From Mobula birostris (Eukaryota): a DNA stretch of 64,000 bases. The stretch spans positions 7,784,984 through 7,848,983 of the forward strand of contig NC_092401.1 of assembly GCF_030028105.1 (NCBI RefSeq), given 5' to 3'. Shown here in pieces: positions 12,605-25,019 of the stretch. How positions within the stretch are numbered: the first letter of the stretch is position 1; every line of letters starts with the position of its first letter. A program made the position numbers and the translations under genes. The notes below the pieces were generated by a model. That model worked only from the letters and a program-made list of their open reading frames with translations. It did no database searches and was not told where the DNA came from.

Positions 12605-12884
12605 ATTTGGCCCTCACTGTGCCTGTTGCTTCACTACTGCATATGGATTTAAAATACCACCAAAGAGCCTCAATAATATACTTTAATTGACTCACAGAAG
12701 TACGACTTCTACCAGTTGTATTGCGCTGGGTTGCAAAGATACCGATGCCACCATTGCTTCTGAGAAACACACTTCCCACTGAGAGGGAATTCAGCTTCTC
12801 CTCCTCTTGACATATGTAGAGGAATAGAATCAACGGTTCTCGGTGGCATCCTTTCAAGGGGGCTTCTCAATAAAAGAACAAACT

Positions 12885-13520
12885 AGTTCCCCTCCATCAT
12901 CACCCTCCTCCATCTGTTCATGAACTGTTCATCACCCTCAACACTTTCTCCTTCAGCTCCTCCCGCTTTCTTCAGAGTCAAGGGATTGCCATGGGCATCC
13001 ACATGGGTGCCAGCTGGGCCTATCCTTTCATTGGCTGCATTGAACAATTCATGTTCCAAGTCTTCCCCAGTAATTCTCACCAAATATTCCATGCTGCATT
13101 GATGACTGCATTGGTGCTGTTTCATGCACCCATGCTGAGCTCGTCAATATTATCAGCTTTGCCTCCAGATCCATCCACACCTCCTTCCTCTTTCTTGATC
13201 TCTACATCTCTATCTCTGGAGACAAACTATTGACCAACCTCTTCTATAAACCTACCAACTTACACAGTTCTCTTGACTATACCTCTTCCCAACTGGCCTC
13301 CGGTAAAAATGCAGTTCCCTTTTCTCTGTTCCTTCATTTCTGCACTACCTGTTCCCTTCCTGGGCATCTGTGATTTTCTCCTCCTTCAAAGAACATGGTT
13401 TCCCTTCCTTTTCCATTGATACTTCCCAGGCACGTACATCTTCCATTTTCCAAACATCCACGCTCACCCTATCCACCCGCCATGTTAACAGTCATAGAGT
13501 TCCACTTGTCCTTACCAACC
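12885..13520 (+). mobile_element. Degenerate Penelope-like RT fragment
   Basis: Aligns to the intact element at 51300-51900 (TLNNFSF, KGVAMGTRMGPSYA, DYSSSH, RVPLVLTYHP equivalents). Confidence 0.8.
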
Positions 13521-14029
13521 ACCCCAGCAGCACAAGCTGAACAAAAGACAGTGTGTCATACAGAGAATTAATTTATTTTACAATCAGCATACTAGATTAA
13601 ACTCTGTTGTCCTACCAGTCTTAACCATGAATAACACTGGCCACTAATCAGCTATCTGAAGAAAAGAGGCTTCAAGAATATTCAGGCCCAGTGTGTGAGT
13701 GGTAAAGACCAGGTCGAAATATTCACTACCATGTTTCGTCCAAAGTGCCAAATGGATTTCACCTTCCTCCTCAGATCCAGATTTACCGAACTTGATTTAG
13801 TCCTTTTTGTACAAAATGTCCAAGAAGACTGGATGTAGCAAAGGTTACGGGACAGTTACCATCCTGATTGTTATGTTGAGTGTTTCATCTCTGGACTAGC
13901 TGTGCCTCCAGTCAAACTGTTCTAGTACAGTTACAACACTGTCCTGTCAGCAAACACTCCAACAAATCCAATCCAGCAAATTACGGTCTAAATTGTAAAA
14001 ATCACTAAGAATTATTTGGAACCAACGTC

Positions 14030-14760
14030 AATAAGACCAAGATTGTGGACTTCAGAAAGGGTCAGATGAGGGAACACAAGCCAGTCTTCACAGAAGGAAT
14101 CTAAATGGAGAGAGTGAGCAATTTCAACTTCCTAGGGCTCGATATCCCTGAAGATCTATCCTGCGCCCAACATATCAATGTGGCAACAAAGAAGACATGA
14201 CAGCTGCTATATTTCATTTGGAGTTTATGGAGATTTAGTATTTCACCAAATACACTCTAAAACTTCTATAGATATACCATGGAGAGCATTCTCACTGGCT
14301 GCATCACCGTCTGGTATGGGGGTTGGGGGAGCGCTTGGCTCCTGCAGAGGATCAATTTGTTGTTAAATTAGTCAGCTCCATCATGAGCACTAGCCTCCGT
14401 AGTATTCAGCACACCCTCTAGGAGCAATGATTCAAAAAAGTAGCGTCCATCATTAAGGACACCATCACCCAGGTCAGGCCTTGTTCTCATTGCTGTCATA
14501 AGGAAAGAGTCACAGAAACCTAAAGTCATACACTGAGCAATTCAGGAACAGCTTCTTCTCCCCTCTCATCTGATTTCTGAATGAATATTGAACCCATGAA
14601 CACTACCTCACTGCCCTTTCTTCCTAATTTTGCACAACTTAATGAAGCTAACTATTTAATATACATACACTTATGTAATGTACAGTTTTTCCCTATTATT
14701 ATATTTTACATTGTACCGCTGCTGCAAAGTCAACAAATTTCATGACAAATGCCGAGTGAT
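14030..14760 (+). mobile_element. L2/Rex1-Babar-type LINE 3' fragment
   Basis: NKTK-IVDFRKG and FNFLG motifs, same family as 36830-37440, 43420-43750 and 55640-56100. Confidence 0.65.
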
Positions 14761-14769
14761 ATTAAACCT

Positions 14770-15000
14770 GAGTAACACACACAAAATGCTGGAGGAACTC
14801 AGCAGGCCAGGCAGCATCAATGGAAAAGAGTAAACGGTTGGTATTTTGGAGTGAGACCCTTCAACAGGACTGGAAAGAAGAGATGAGAAGTCAGAATAAG
14901 AAGGTGGGGGGAGGGGAGGAAGAAGCACCAGGTTAAAGGTGAAACTGGGAGACGGAGAGGTGAAGTAAATAGCTGGGAAGTCAATTGGTGAAAAACAAAA
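14770..15000 (-). mobile_element. Penelope 3' tail remnant
   Basis: acacacacaaaatgctggaggaactcagcaggccaggcagcatc...gagacccttcaacaggact followed by the purine-rich tract seen at 50360-50640. Confidence 0.75.
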
Positions 15001-15574
15001 TAAAGCATTGGAGAACAGGGGATCTGTTCACATTGACTTTTCAAACTTTTGTTAATTGACACACCAAACCCCATCACCATTTCCCATACTCATTTCCCTC
15101 TCTCAACTTATCTACATACCTGCCTGACATTTCCCCCTGGTCCCCTTCTAAATTCCTTTCCTTCCAATGCCTTTTGCCTTCTCCCATCAGATTCCCCTTT
15201 CTCCAGCCTTTATCACTTTGACCGAACCTACCCCTCCCCCACAATGCAAGCAAAAGCCCCCAAAAGAGACCTCAATCTAGAGTCCTTCAAAATCTACAGT
15301 TCATAACCCAGCACCAATATTTAAGATAAGCTCTCTTTTGTCTCCCTCTTTCCCCATCGAAGAAGAAAAAAGTCGCTCTCCTACAACAATGAGAGCAGAG
15401 ACCAGCAACTTACAGTTCTGATGTTACAATCATCTGTGTCGCTTCTTGAGAGAGAGATAGACCTTCCTCTAAAACCATCACATACTGCCTGCTGTCTCAA
15501 TGTTTCAGTTTCGCATGATGCACCATGGCTGATCCTTTTTTCTTCTCCTCCTCAACCCCAGCTCCCGGCCTTCT

Positions 15575-16990
15575 CCCCGTAACCTCTGATGCCATGTCCG
15601 ATCCCTGTCTTAAATACACCCAATGACCTGGCCTCCGCAGCTGCATGTGACAACAAATTCCACAAATTCACCACCTTTTGACTAAAGAAATTTCTCTGAC
15701 TCTCTGTTTTGAAAGGTCACTCCTCTATTCTGAGGCTGTGCCCTCTTGTCCTCGACTCTCCACCATGGGAAACATCCTTTCCACATCTACTCTGTCTAGG
15801 CCTTTCAACATTCAAAAGGTTTCAATGAGACCACCCCTCATCCTTCTGAATTCCAGCGAGTACAGACCCAGAGCCATCAAACATTCCTTGGATGATAACC
15901 CTTTCATTCCGGGATTCAGCCTTGTGAACCTCCTCTGGACCCTCTCCAATGCCAGCACATCTTTTCTAAGATGAGGGGCCCAAAACTGTTCACAATACTC
16001 AAGGTGAGGCCTCACCAGTGCCTTATAAAGCCTCAGTATCACATCCTTGCTCTTGTATTCTAGACCTCTTGAAATGAATGCTAACATGGCATTTGCCTTC
16101 CAACCAACTCAACCTGCAAGTTAACCTTCAGGGTGGTCTGCACAAGGACTCTTGCCCCTCTGCATCTCAGATTCCTGGATTTTCTTCCCATTTAGAAAAT
16201 AGTCCACACAGTTGTTTCTACTACCAAAGTGCATGACCATGCATTTTCCAACATTGTATTTCATTTGCCACTCACTTGCCCATTCTCCTACTCTCCCTAA
16301 GACCTTCTGCATCCTACCTGTTTCCTCAACGTTATCTGCCCCTCCACCAATCTTAGTATCATCTACAAACTTGGCAACAAAGTCATATATTCCATCATCT
16401 AAATCATTAATATACAGCATAAAAATAAGTGGTCCCAACACTGACCACTGCAAAACACCACTAGTCACTGGCAGCCAACCAGAAAAGGATCCTTTTATTC
16501 CCACTTGCTGCCTCCTACCAATCAGCCAATGCTCTAACCATATTAGTAATTTTCCTGTAATACCATGGGCTCTTATCTTGGTAAGCAGCTTCATGTGTGG
16601 CACCTTGTCAAAGGTTTTCTTTAAATCCAAATGTACAACATTCACCACATCTCCTTTATCTATCCTACTTGTAACCTCCTCAAAGAATTCCAACAGGTTC
16701 GTCAGGCAGGATTTTCCCTGAAGGAAACCATGCTGACTTTGTACTATCTTGCCCTGTGTCACCAAGTACTCCATCACCTCATCCTTAACAATTGACTCTA
16801 ACATCTTCCCAACCACTGAGATCAGGCTAACTGGTCAATAATTCCCTTCTGCTGCCTTCCTCTTTTCTTGAGTGGAGTGACATTTGCAATTTTCCAGTTC
16901 TCTGGCACCATGCCAGAGTCCAATAAGGTCTGAAAGATCATTTCTAATGCCACCACAATCTCTACAGCTATCTCCTTCAGAACCCTAGGA
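15575..16990 (-). mobile_element. CR1 LINE, 5'-truncated RT to 3' end
   Basis: ORF 16121-16816: SQHGFLQGKSCLTNLLEFFEE, FDKVPH, SGVLQWSVLGP, KFVDDTKIGG; downstream RPHLEYCEQFWAPH. Confidence 0.9.
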
Positions 16991-17240
16991 TGCAGTTCAT
17001 CTGGTCCAAGTGACCTATGTACCTTAAGGTCCTTCAGCTTTTTGTCACATATTCACCATTCTGTACATTGATACTCTCCCCATCAGTCACAAACCGAACC
17101 ATCTAGAAAATGCCTGAGCTATTCTGTCACCTCCCGACCCTGACTGCTACCAAGCAGATAATGGCGTGAGGCCTTGGGAACACCATCAGCAGGATGATAC
17201 CAAACCCCTCTGTCAAGTCACACTCCATCTGATTTAGAAA

Positions 17241-17790
17241 TACACTCAGTGGCCACTATATTAGGTACAGGAAGTTCCAAATAAAATGGCCACTGAGTGT
17301 ATGTTTGTGGTCTTCTGCTGCAGTAGCCCATCCACTTCAAAGTTCAAAGTGCTGTGCATTCAGAGATACTCTTTTGTACATCACTGTAACGCACTGTCAT
17401 TTGAATTACTGTCGCCTTTCCATCAGCTTGAAACAGTCTGGCCAATCCCCTCCAACCTCTGTCATGAACATGGTGTTTTTTCCAACAGAACTACCACTTA
17501 CTAGATGTTTTTTTTTCTTCTACACCATTCTCTGTAAATTCTAGAGACTGTCGGGCATGAAAACCCAGGAGATTAGCAGTTTCTGAGATATTCAAACCCT
17601 GTCTGGCACCAATAATCATTTTACGGTTAAAGTCACTTAGAACACACTTCTTCCCCATTCTGATATTTGGTCTGAACAACAGCTGAACCTCTTGACCATG
17701 TCTGCATGCTTTTATGCATTGAGTTGCTGCCTCGTGATTGGGTGATTAGATATTTGCATGAACAAAGCAGGTGTACAGGTGTATCTAACA
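17241..17790. mobile_element. Tc1-derived MITE; includes a ~58-bp TIR-TIR mini element at 17241-17300
   Basis: TA-cactcagtggcca ... tggccactgagtg-TA; internal sequence shared with 28130-28455 and 44940-45300. Confidence 0.75.
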
Positions 17791-18034
17791 AAGAGGCCAC
17801 AGAAGAGGTATCATTGTTACTGGGTCAAAGTCCTCGAAACTTTTTCAACAGAATTCTGGGAGTATCTTCACCAGATGGACTTCAGTGGTTCTAGAAGTTG
17901 GCTCAGCACCACATTCGTAAGCACAATTAAAGCTGGCATTGCTGGTCTAGATCTAGAGAAAATTAATACAACAGCTCTTCCACAGATCCAGAAAACTAAA
18001 TGAAATTATTCTTTTTTGTCTTCTTGTTTATCAG

Positions 18035-18200
18035 ACATTCATGATCCAGTTGTTGTGTCATTCATGATTAGTGCTGTCAGCACTAATTCACCTAGACTAC
18101 TTCAATATCATCTTCCAAAAACTGCAACTCCTGTACCAAGATGAAGAAGGGGAGCAAGCATATATAAACACTGCTCTCTTCAACTGTTCCTTCAAGTGAT
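18035..18200 (+). pseudogene. Possible decayed TM/cytoplasmic exon of an ICAM/VCAM-like paralog
   Basis: Acceptor ttttttgtcttcttgtttatcag, phase-1 DIHDPVVVSFMISAVS; frameshifts are needed to reach CTKMKKGS, which resembles VCAM-1 tail KANMKGSY. Confidence 0.2.
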
Positions 18201-18689
18201 CAATCTGAAATGGATGTCAAGGGATGCCTTTATCAGAAAAATCACGGCGGCTTCAGTTGGTGTCTTGTAACACTTTCTCAAGGTTAATTAGAAAAGGGTA
18301 TTAAATTCTGGCCTTTCCAGCAGCACCCAGATCCCAAAAGTTAATAAAAAATAAAGTAAGAAATTCCAATAATATCAGAACAACTCAGTTTGCTAGGTTG
18401 GCACATCATTGTCTGTTGTATAAAATCCTCCGCCTCTGGCATACAGAAATTCCAGTAAATATTCCAATAATTTGGCACTTTCAGGAATTTGGTGCTGGCA
18501 GACGAATAGATTTGCTGGGCTATTGGATATTATTCCTAAAATCCAAACACAGTTTTATTTCACCTTTTTATATATTTACACAATAGTATAATACATTTTC
18601 CAGTGATCTAAATAAGTTTCAGAAATGTGGGAAAATACATAAGCACTCTGGACTCTGGCTCACCAATATTCCAAACCCCAACTATAGAA

Positions 18690-19130
18690 CATTGAGTGTA
18701 GAACAGTACAGCACAGGAACTGGCCCTTCAGCCCACAATGTGCCAAACCAGCTAAAGTGCAAATCAAAAACACCCAAACGCTCATCCCTCCTACCTACAT
18801 AACCCTCAATCTTCTTGACACCCATGTGCCTATCCAAATCTCTCTAAAAGCCTCACATGTATTTGATTCTACCACCATACTAGGCAGCGCATTCCAGACA
18901 TCCAACACACTCTGATCAAAAAACATTCCCTTTGAATCTGCCGTCTCTCATCTTCAATGCATGCCCTCTGGTATTAGACATTTCAACCCTGGGAGAAAGA
19001 TACTCCCTGTCTACTCTGTCTATGGCTCTCATAATCTTATAAACCTCTATCAGGTCTCCCCCCAGCCTCTGCCACTCGAAAGAAATCAACCCAAGTTTAT
19101 CCAGCCTCTCATGATAGCACATGCTCAGCA
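18690..19130 (-). mobile_element. CR1 3' fragment
   Basis: tagaacagtacagcacaggaac tail; RLGGDLIEVYKIMRAIDRVD. Confidence 0.8.
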
Positions 19131-19199
19131 TCAAGGACATCCAGGTTGTGCCAGTACAGGCGTTGCCAGTAACCTCATCTCAGGATAAAAGTCTTATTT

Positions 19200-19450
19200 C
19201 AAAACTCATTATGGTTCATTTATTGAGATACAGTGTGGAATAGGCCCTTCTGGCCCTTCAAGCTACACCACTCAGCAATCCCGATTTAACCCCAGTCTAA
19301 TCACGGGACAATTGACAATGACCAGTTAACCTAACAACCAGAACATCTTTGGACTGTGGGAGGAAACAGGACCAGCTGGAGGAAACCCACACAGCCATGA
19401 GGAGAATGTACGAAGTCCTTCCAGTTAGCAGTGGGAATTGAACCTGGGCC
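19200..19450 (-). mobile_element. V-SINE (HE1-like) fragment
   Basis: gacaattgacaatgacc and ttggactgtgggaggaaac...ggaggaaacccac block shared with 30611-30841 and 39330-39620. Confidence 0.7.
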
Positions 19451-19479
19451 ACCCTGACCTGGCTGTGTACAAGAAGAAC

Positions 19480-20705
19480 AGCATTATAACTTTGAAAATT
19501 TAAACTTGCCATATTTAAATAAGGAGCTGCATACCCTACTCCTTGTGGCAAAAGGGACCACATCTCAAAAGTTGGAATATTGTGAACACTTGAAATTATG
19601 TGTTCAGTTCTGGTCACCACCTTATAAAAATGATGTAGAAGCTTTAGGGAGTGTGCAGAGGAGATTTGCTAGGATGCTGCCTGGATTAGAGAACATGGCT
19701 TATGAGGATAGGTTGAGCGAGCTTTTCTGTTCAGAATGAAGGAGGATGAGGGGCATAGACTGAGTGGATAGCTGGAGACTTTTTCCCCAGGGCAGAAATG
19801 GCTCCTATGAGAGGGCATCATTTTCAGGTATTTGGAGGAAAATAGAGGGGAATGTCAGAGGTAGGTTTTTCAATCAAAGATTGGTGGTGAGTGAAGTGCC
19901 CTGCTGGTGATGGTAGAGGCCGATACATCAGAGAGACTTGAGAAGCTCTTGGATAGGCACATGGATGATAGAAAAATGGAGGGCTATGTGAAAGGGAAGG
20001 GGGAGGTTGATCTTAGAGTAGGTTGAAAGGTCAGCACAACATAGAAACATAGAATACAGGCCCTTCAGCCCACGATACAATACAGGCCCTTCAGCCCACA
20101 AAGCTGTGCCGAACATGTCCCTACCTTAGAACTACCTAGGCTTTACCCATAGCCCTCTATTCTTCTACGCTCCATGTAGCCATCCAGGAGTCTCTTAAAA
20201 GACCCTATCATTTCCACCTCTGCCGCCGGCAGCCCATTCCGCGCACTCACCACTCTCTGCATAAAAAACTTACCCTTGTCATCTCCTCTGTACCTACTTC
20301 TAAGCACCTTAAAACTATGCCCTTTCATGCTAACCATTTCAGCCCTGGGGAAAAGCCTCTGACTATCCACATGATCAATGCCTCTCATCATCTTATACAC
20401 CTCTATGAGATCACCTCTCATCCTCCATCACTCCAAGGAGAAAAGGCCGAGTTCACTCAACCTATTCTCATAAGGTATGCTCCCCAATTCAGGCAACATC
20501 CTTGTAAATCTCCTCTGCATCCTTTCTATGGTTACCACATCCTTCCTGTCGTGAGGCGACCAGAATTGAGCACAGTGCTCCAAGTGGGGTCTGACCAGGG
20601 TCCTATATAGCTGCAACATTACTTCCCAGCTCTTAAACTCAATCCCACAATTGATGAAGGCCAATGCACCATATGCCTTCTTAACCACAGAGTCAACATC
20701 GGGTG
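19480..20705. mobile_element. Two tail-to-tail CR1 3' fragments (+ 19480-20040, - 20040-20705)
   Basis: LCVQFWSPPYKNDVEALGSVQRRFARMLPGL (+) and RPHLEHCAQFWSPHDRKD (-). Confidence 0.8.
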
Positions 20706-21753
20706 TCATGGCCCAAACTGAACCATGGCAGGCATCCATGTAAGGCACTCCAATTAGCTGGAGTATGGCTAGCTGCTGATGTCCCTTTAAGACTCAGGTT
20801 GCCAATTATTACCAACCATATTCCTGTACTCAGAAGCCTTATGCTGAGCACTCAGTGCTGAATCATAGGGTTTCCATCTCTAGTACTACTGTTCGTGATT
20901 TCGCCCTTCAATTTCATCTGAGTCATCTTGATTATTTCAAGTCTGAGTATGAGTTAATTCTCGACCTTACTCTGCACTTGGGTTCTGCACCATCCATCGC
21001 TGTCTTGTTACACTTCACTGTAGTGTTCTAATTTCTGTGTTCTCAGTAAAAGTGCTAATACCAGCAATTCTCAGTATCATGCCTAAAAAGAGGTAATCCT
21101 ACAGTTCTATGCAGTCAACTTTAACAACCACCCCTCTAAGTCTGGCCCCTCCAATAAATAAAGTACAGCATGAACTCAGCAGGTCAAGCAGCATCAGTGG
21201 ATGTAAAGCGATGGTTGGTATCTTGAGCCAAATCTTGCATTAGGGCAGAAAACAGGGTGAAGATAGCCAGTATATAGATATGAAAGGGAAAAGTGAAGTA
21301 TGCATGGTTGAAGCTAAAAGCCCACACTGACAAGAAATCTGAGAAAGAGTGGCACACAGTCACCACACGCCAAACACAGAGTGACCTCTCATTCTATATG
21401 ATGACATTATAGTTATAGCCAACTACAGGTTGAGGACCCCTTATCCGAAATTCCACAAAGTTCCAAGGCAACTCACAGGTCTCAGTGGACCAGTTTTGAA
21501 AACTTACCTCACATATGTAATGAACAGAAGTTAATGAAAAACACTGCATAAAGTGAAAAATGAAGATCTCATTCGTGTATTGAAGGAGTGGATTCATCAG
21601 TGTCAGTGTGAATGTATGCAATTTAACAGGATGCTGATAATGAAACAAGCAAAGCTCCATCAGGATGAACTGCAAATTGAAGGCAATTGTAAATATTCAG
21701 CAAGGTATTTGCAGAAATTTAAGAGAAGGTGCAGCATTAATTTTTTAAAGATT

Positions 21754-22006
21754 AGACTGCAACTAGTGGGGCACTGTCTACACCACCCCGAGCTCCCTGC
21801 CAGCCTAGTCATCATATGGGAGCCCAGGCATGGGAGGATGAACCCTGGGCACCCTCCCAAGACTATGGTCAACATGCTCCGAGAAGAAAGTGGTGCAGCT
21901 AATGTAGATGAACTGAACACACTGATGAGGGAGAGGGAGAAGTGGAGAGTCCATCATCGTGCCTGACGCTGGCCCCCTAGGCCTGAGTCGACATAGTAGT
22001 AGTAGT
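21754..22006 (+). mobile_element. RTE-clade LINE 3' end with a (TAG)n tail
   Basis: RLQLVGHCLHHPE...WEPRHGRMNPGHPPKT...KWR followed by catagtagtagtagt; sits between Tigger codons ATT and TGT. Confidence 0.75.
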
Positions 22007-22092
22007 TGTGGTGATAAAGTGTCTGCTGATCATAGAACATAGAATAGTACAGCACAGTACAGGCCCTTCAGCCCACAATGTTGTGCCGACCC

Positions 22093-24984
22093 TCAAACCC
22101 TGCCTCCCATATAAGCCCCCACCTTAGATTCCTCCATATACCTGTCTAGTAGTCTGTTAAACTTCACTAGTGTATCTGCCTCCACGACTGACTCAGGCAG
22201 TGCATTCCACGCACCAGCCACTCTCTGAGTGAAAAACCTTCCTCTGATATCCCCCTTGAACTTCCCACCCCTTACCTTAAAGCCATGTCCTCTTGTATTG
22301 AGCAGTGGTGCCCTGGGGAAGAGGCACTGGCTATCCACTCTATCTATTCCTCTTATTATCTTGTACACCTCTATCATGTCTCCTCTCATCCTCCTTCTCT
22401 CCAAAGAGTAAAGCCCTAGCTCCCTTAATCTCTGATCATAATGCATACTCTCTAAACCAGGCAGCATCCTGGTAAATCTCCTCTGTACCCTTTCCAATGC
22501 TCCCACATCCTTCCTATAGTGAGGTGACCAGAACTGGACACAATACTCCAAGTGTGGCCTAACCAGAGTTTCATAGATCTGCATCATTACATCGCGACTC
22601 TTAAACTCTATCTCTCGACTTATGAAAGCTAACACCCCATAAGCTTTCTTAACTACCCTATCCACCTGTGAGGCAACTTTCAGGGATCTGTGGACATGTA
22701 CCCCGAGATCCCTCTGCTCCTCCACACTACCAAGTATCCTGCCATTTACTTTGTACTCTGCCTTAGAGTTTGTCCTTCCAAAGTGTACCACCTCACCCTT
22801 CTCCGGGTTGAACTCCATCTGCCACTTCTCAGCCCACTTCTGCATCCTATCAATGTCTCTCTGCAATCTTTGACAATCCTCTACACTATCTACAACACCA
22901 CCAACCTTTGTGTCGTCTGCAAACTTGCCAACCCGCCTTTCTACCCCTACATCCAGGTCGTTAATAAAAATCACGAAAAGTAGAGGTCCCAGAACAGATC
23001 CTTGTGGGACACCACTAGTCACAATCCTCCAATCTGAATGTACTCCCTCCACCACCACCCTCTGCCTTCTGCAGGCAAGCCAATTCTGAATCCACCTGGC
23101 CAAAGTTCCCTGGATCCCATGCCTTCTAACTTTCTGAATAAGCCTACCGTGTGGAACCTTGTCAAATATCTTACTAAAATCCATATAGATCACATCCACT
23201 GCACTACCCTCATCTATATGCCTGGTCACCTCCTCAAAGAACTCTGTCAGGCTTGTTAGACATGATCTGCCCTTCACAAAGCTATGCTGACTGTCCCTGA
23301 TCAGACCATGATTCTCTAAATGCTTATAGATCCTAACTCTAAGAATCTTTTCCAACAGCTTTCCCACCACAGACGTAAGGCTCATTGGTCTATAATTACC
23401 CGGACTATCCCTACTACCTTTTTTGAACAAGGGAACAACATTCGCCTCCCTCCAATCATCCGGTACCATTCCCATGGACAACGAGGACATAAAGATCCTA
23501 GCCAGAGGCTCAGCAATCTCTTCTCTCGCCTCGTGGAGCAGCCTGGGGAATATTCCATCAGGCCTCGGGGACTTATCTGTCCTAATGTATTTTAACAACT
23601 TCAACACCTCCTCTCCCTTAATATCAGCATGCTCCAGAACATCAACCTCACTCTTATTGTCCTCACCATCATCAAGTTCCCTCTCATTGGTGAATACCGA
23701 AGAGAAGTATTCATTGAGGACCTCGCTCACTTCCACAGCCTCCAGGCACATCTTCCCACCTTTATCTCTAATCGGTCCTACCTTCACTCCTGTCATCCTT
23801 CTTTTCTTCACATAATTGAAGAATGCCTTGGGGTTTTCCTTTACCCTATTCGTCAAGGCCTTCTCATGCCCCCTTCTTGCTCTTCTCAGCCCCTTCTTAA
23901 GCTCCTTTCTTGCTTCCCTATATTCCTCAATAGACCCATCTGATCCTTGCTTCCTAAACCTCATGTATGCTGCCTTCTTCCTCCTGACTAGATTTTCCAC
24001 CTCACTTGTCACCCATGGTTCCTTCACCCTACCATTCTTTATCTTCCTCACCAGGACAAATTTATCCCTTACATCCCGCAAGAGATCTCTAAACATCGAC
24101 CACATGTCCATAGTACATTTCCCTGCAAAAAAATCATCCCAATTCACACCCGCAAGTTCTAGCCTTATAGCATCATAATTTGCCCTTCCCCAATTAAAAA
24201 TTTTCCTGTCCTCTTTGATTCTATCCTTTTCCATGATAATTATAAAGGCCAGGGAGCGGTGGTCACCGTCCCCCAGATGCTCACCCACTGAGAGATCTGT
24301 GACCTGACCCGGTTCATTACCTAGTACTAGATCTAGTATGGCATTCCCCCTGGTCGGCCTGTCCACATACTGTGACAGGAATCCATCCTGGACACACTTA
24401 ACAAATTCTGCCCCATCTAAACCCTTGGAACTAATCAGGTGCCAATCAATATTAGGGAAGTTAAAGTCACCCATGATAACAACCCTGTTATTTTTGCACG
24501 TTTCCAAAATCTGCCTTCCAATCTGCTCCTCTGTATCTCTGCTGCTACCAGGGGGCCTATAGAATACTCCCAGTAGAGTAACTGCTCCCTTCCTGTTCCT
24601 GACTTCCACCCATATTGACTCAAAAGAGGATCCTGCTACATTACCCACCCTTTCTGTAGCTGTAATAGTATCTCTGACCAGTAATGCCACCCCTCCTCCC
24701 CTTTTTCCGCCCTCTCTATCCCTTTTAAAGCACTGAAATCCAGGAATATTGAGAATCCATTCCTGCCCTGGTGCCAGCCAAGTCTCTGTAATGGCCACAA
24801 CATCATAATTCCATGTATGCATCCAAGCTCTCAGTTCATCACCTTTGTTCCTGATGCTTCTTGCATTGAGGTACACACATTTCAGCCCTTCTACCTTACT
24901 GTCTTTACACCGTTTATTCTGCTTCTCTTTCCTCAAAGCCTTTCTGTATGTTAGATCTGGCTTTACTCCATGCACTTCTTTCAC
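22093..24984 (-). CDS. CR1 ORF2: APE endonuclease plus reverse transcriptase, 963 aa
   Basis: YLNARSIRNK, VAITETWL, VIMGDFNFP, LDLVLGN, GDGDHR, NYRPMSLTS, SCLTSLTEFFE, GVPQGSVLGP, FADDTK. Confidence 0.95.
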   Translation of the reverse strand: MKEVHGVKPDLTYRKALRKEKQNKRCKDSKVEGLKCVYLNARSIRNKGDELRAWMHTWNYDVVAITETWLAPGQEWILNIPGFQCFKRDREGGKRGGGVALLVRDTITATERVGNVAGSSFESIWVEVRNRKGAVTLLGVFYRPPGSSRDTEEQIGRQILETCKNNRVVIMGDFNFPNIDWHLISSKGLDGAEFVKCVQDGFLSQYVDRPTRGNAILDLVLGNEPGQVTDLSVGEHLGDGDHRSLAFIIIMEKDRIKEDRKIFNWGRANYDAIRLELAGVNWDDFFAGKCTMDMWSMFRDLLRDVRDKFVLVRKIKNGRVKEPWVTSEVENLVRRKKAAYMRFRKQGSDGSIEEYREARKELKKGLRRARRGHEKALTNRVKENPKAFFNYVKKRRMTGVKVGPIRDKGGKMCLEAVEVSEVLNEYFSSVFTNERELDDGEDNKSEVDVLEHADIKGEEVLKLLKYIRTDKSPRPDGIFPRLLHEAREEIAEPLARIFMSSLSMGMVPDDWREANVVPLFKKGSRDSPGNYRPMSLTSVVGKLLEKILRVRIYKHLENHGLIRDSQHSFVKGRSCLTSLTEFFEEVTRHIDEGSAVDVIYMDFSKIFDKVPHGRLIQKVRRHGIQGTLARWIQNWLACRRQRVVVEGVHSDWRIVTSGVPQGSVLGPLLFVIFINDLDVGVERRVGKFADDTKVGGVVDSVEDCQRLQRDIDRMQKWAEKWQMEFNPEKGEVVHFGRTNSKAEYKVNGRILGSVEEQRDLGVHVHRSLKVASQVDRVVKKAYGVLAFISREIEFKSRDVMMQIYETLVRPHLEYCVQFWSPHYRKDVGALERVQRRFTRMLPGLESMHYDQRLRELGLYSLERRRMRGDMIEVYKIIRGIDRVDSQCLFPRAPLLNTRGHGFKVRGGKFKGDIRGRFFTQRVAGAWNALPESVVEADTLVKFNRLLDRYMEESKVGAYMGGRV

Positions 24985-25019
24985 TGCTCTATCGCTCTGG
25001 GTCCCATCCCCCTCTCAAA

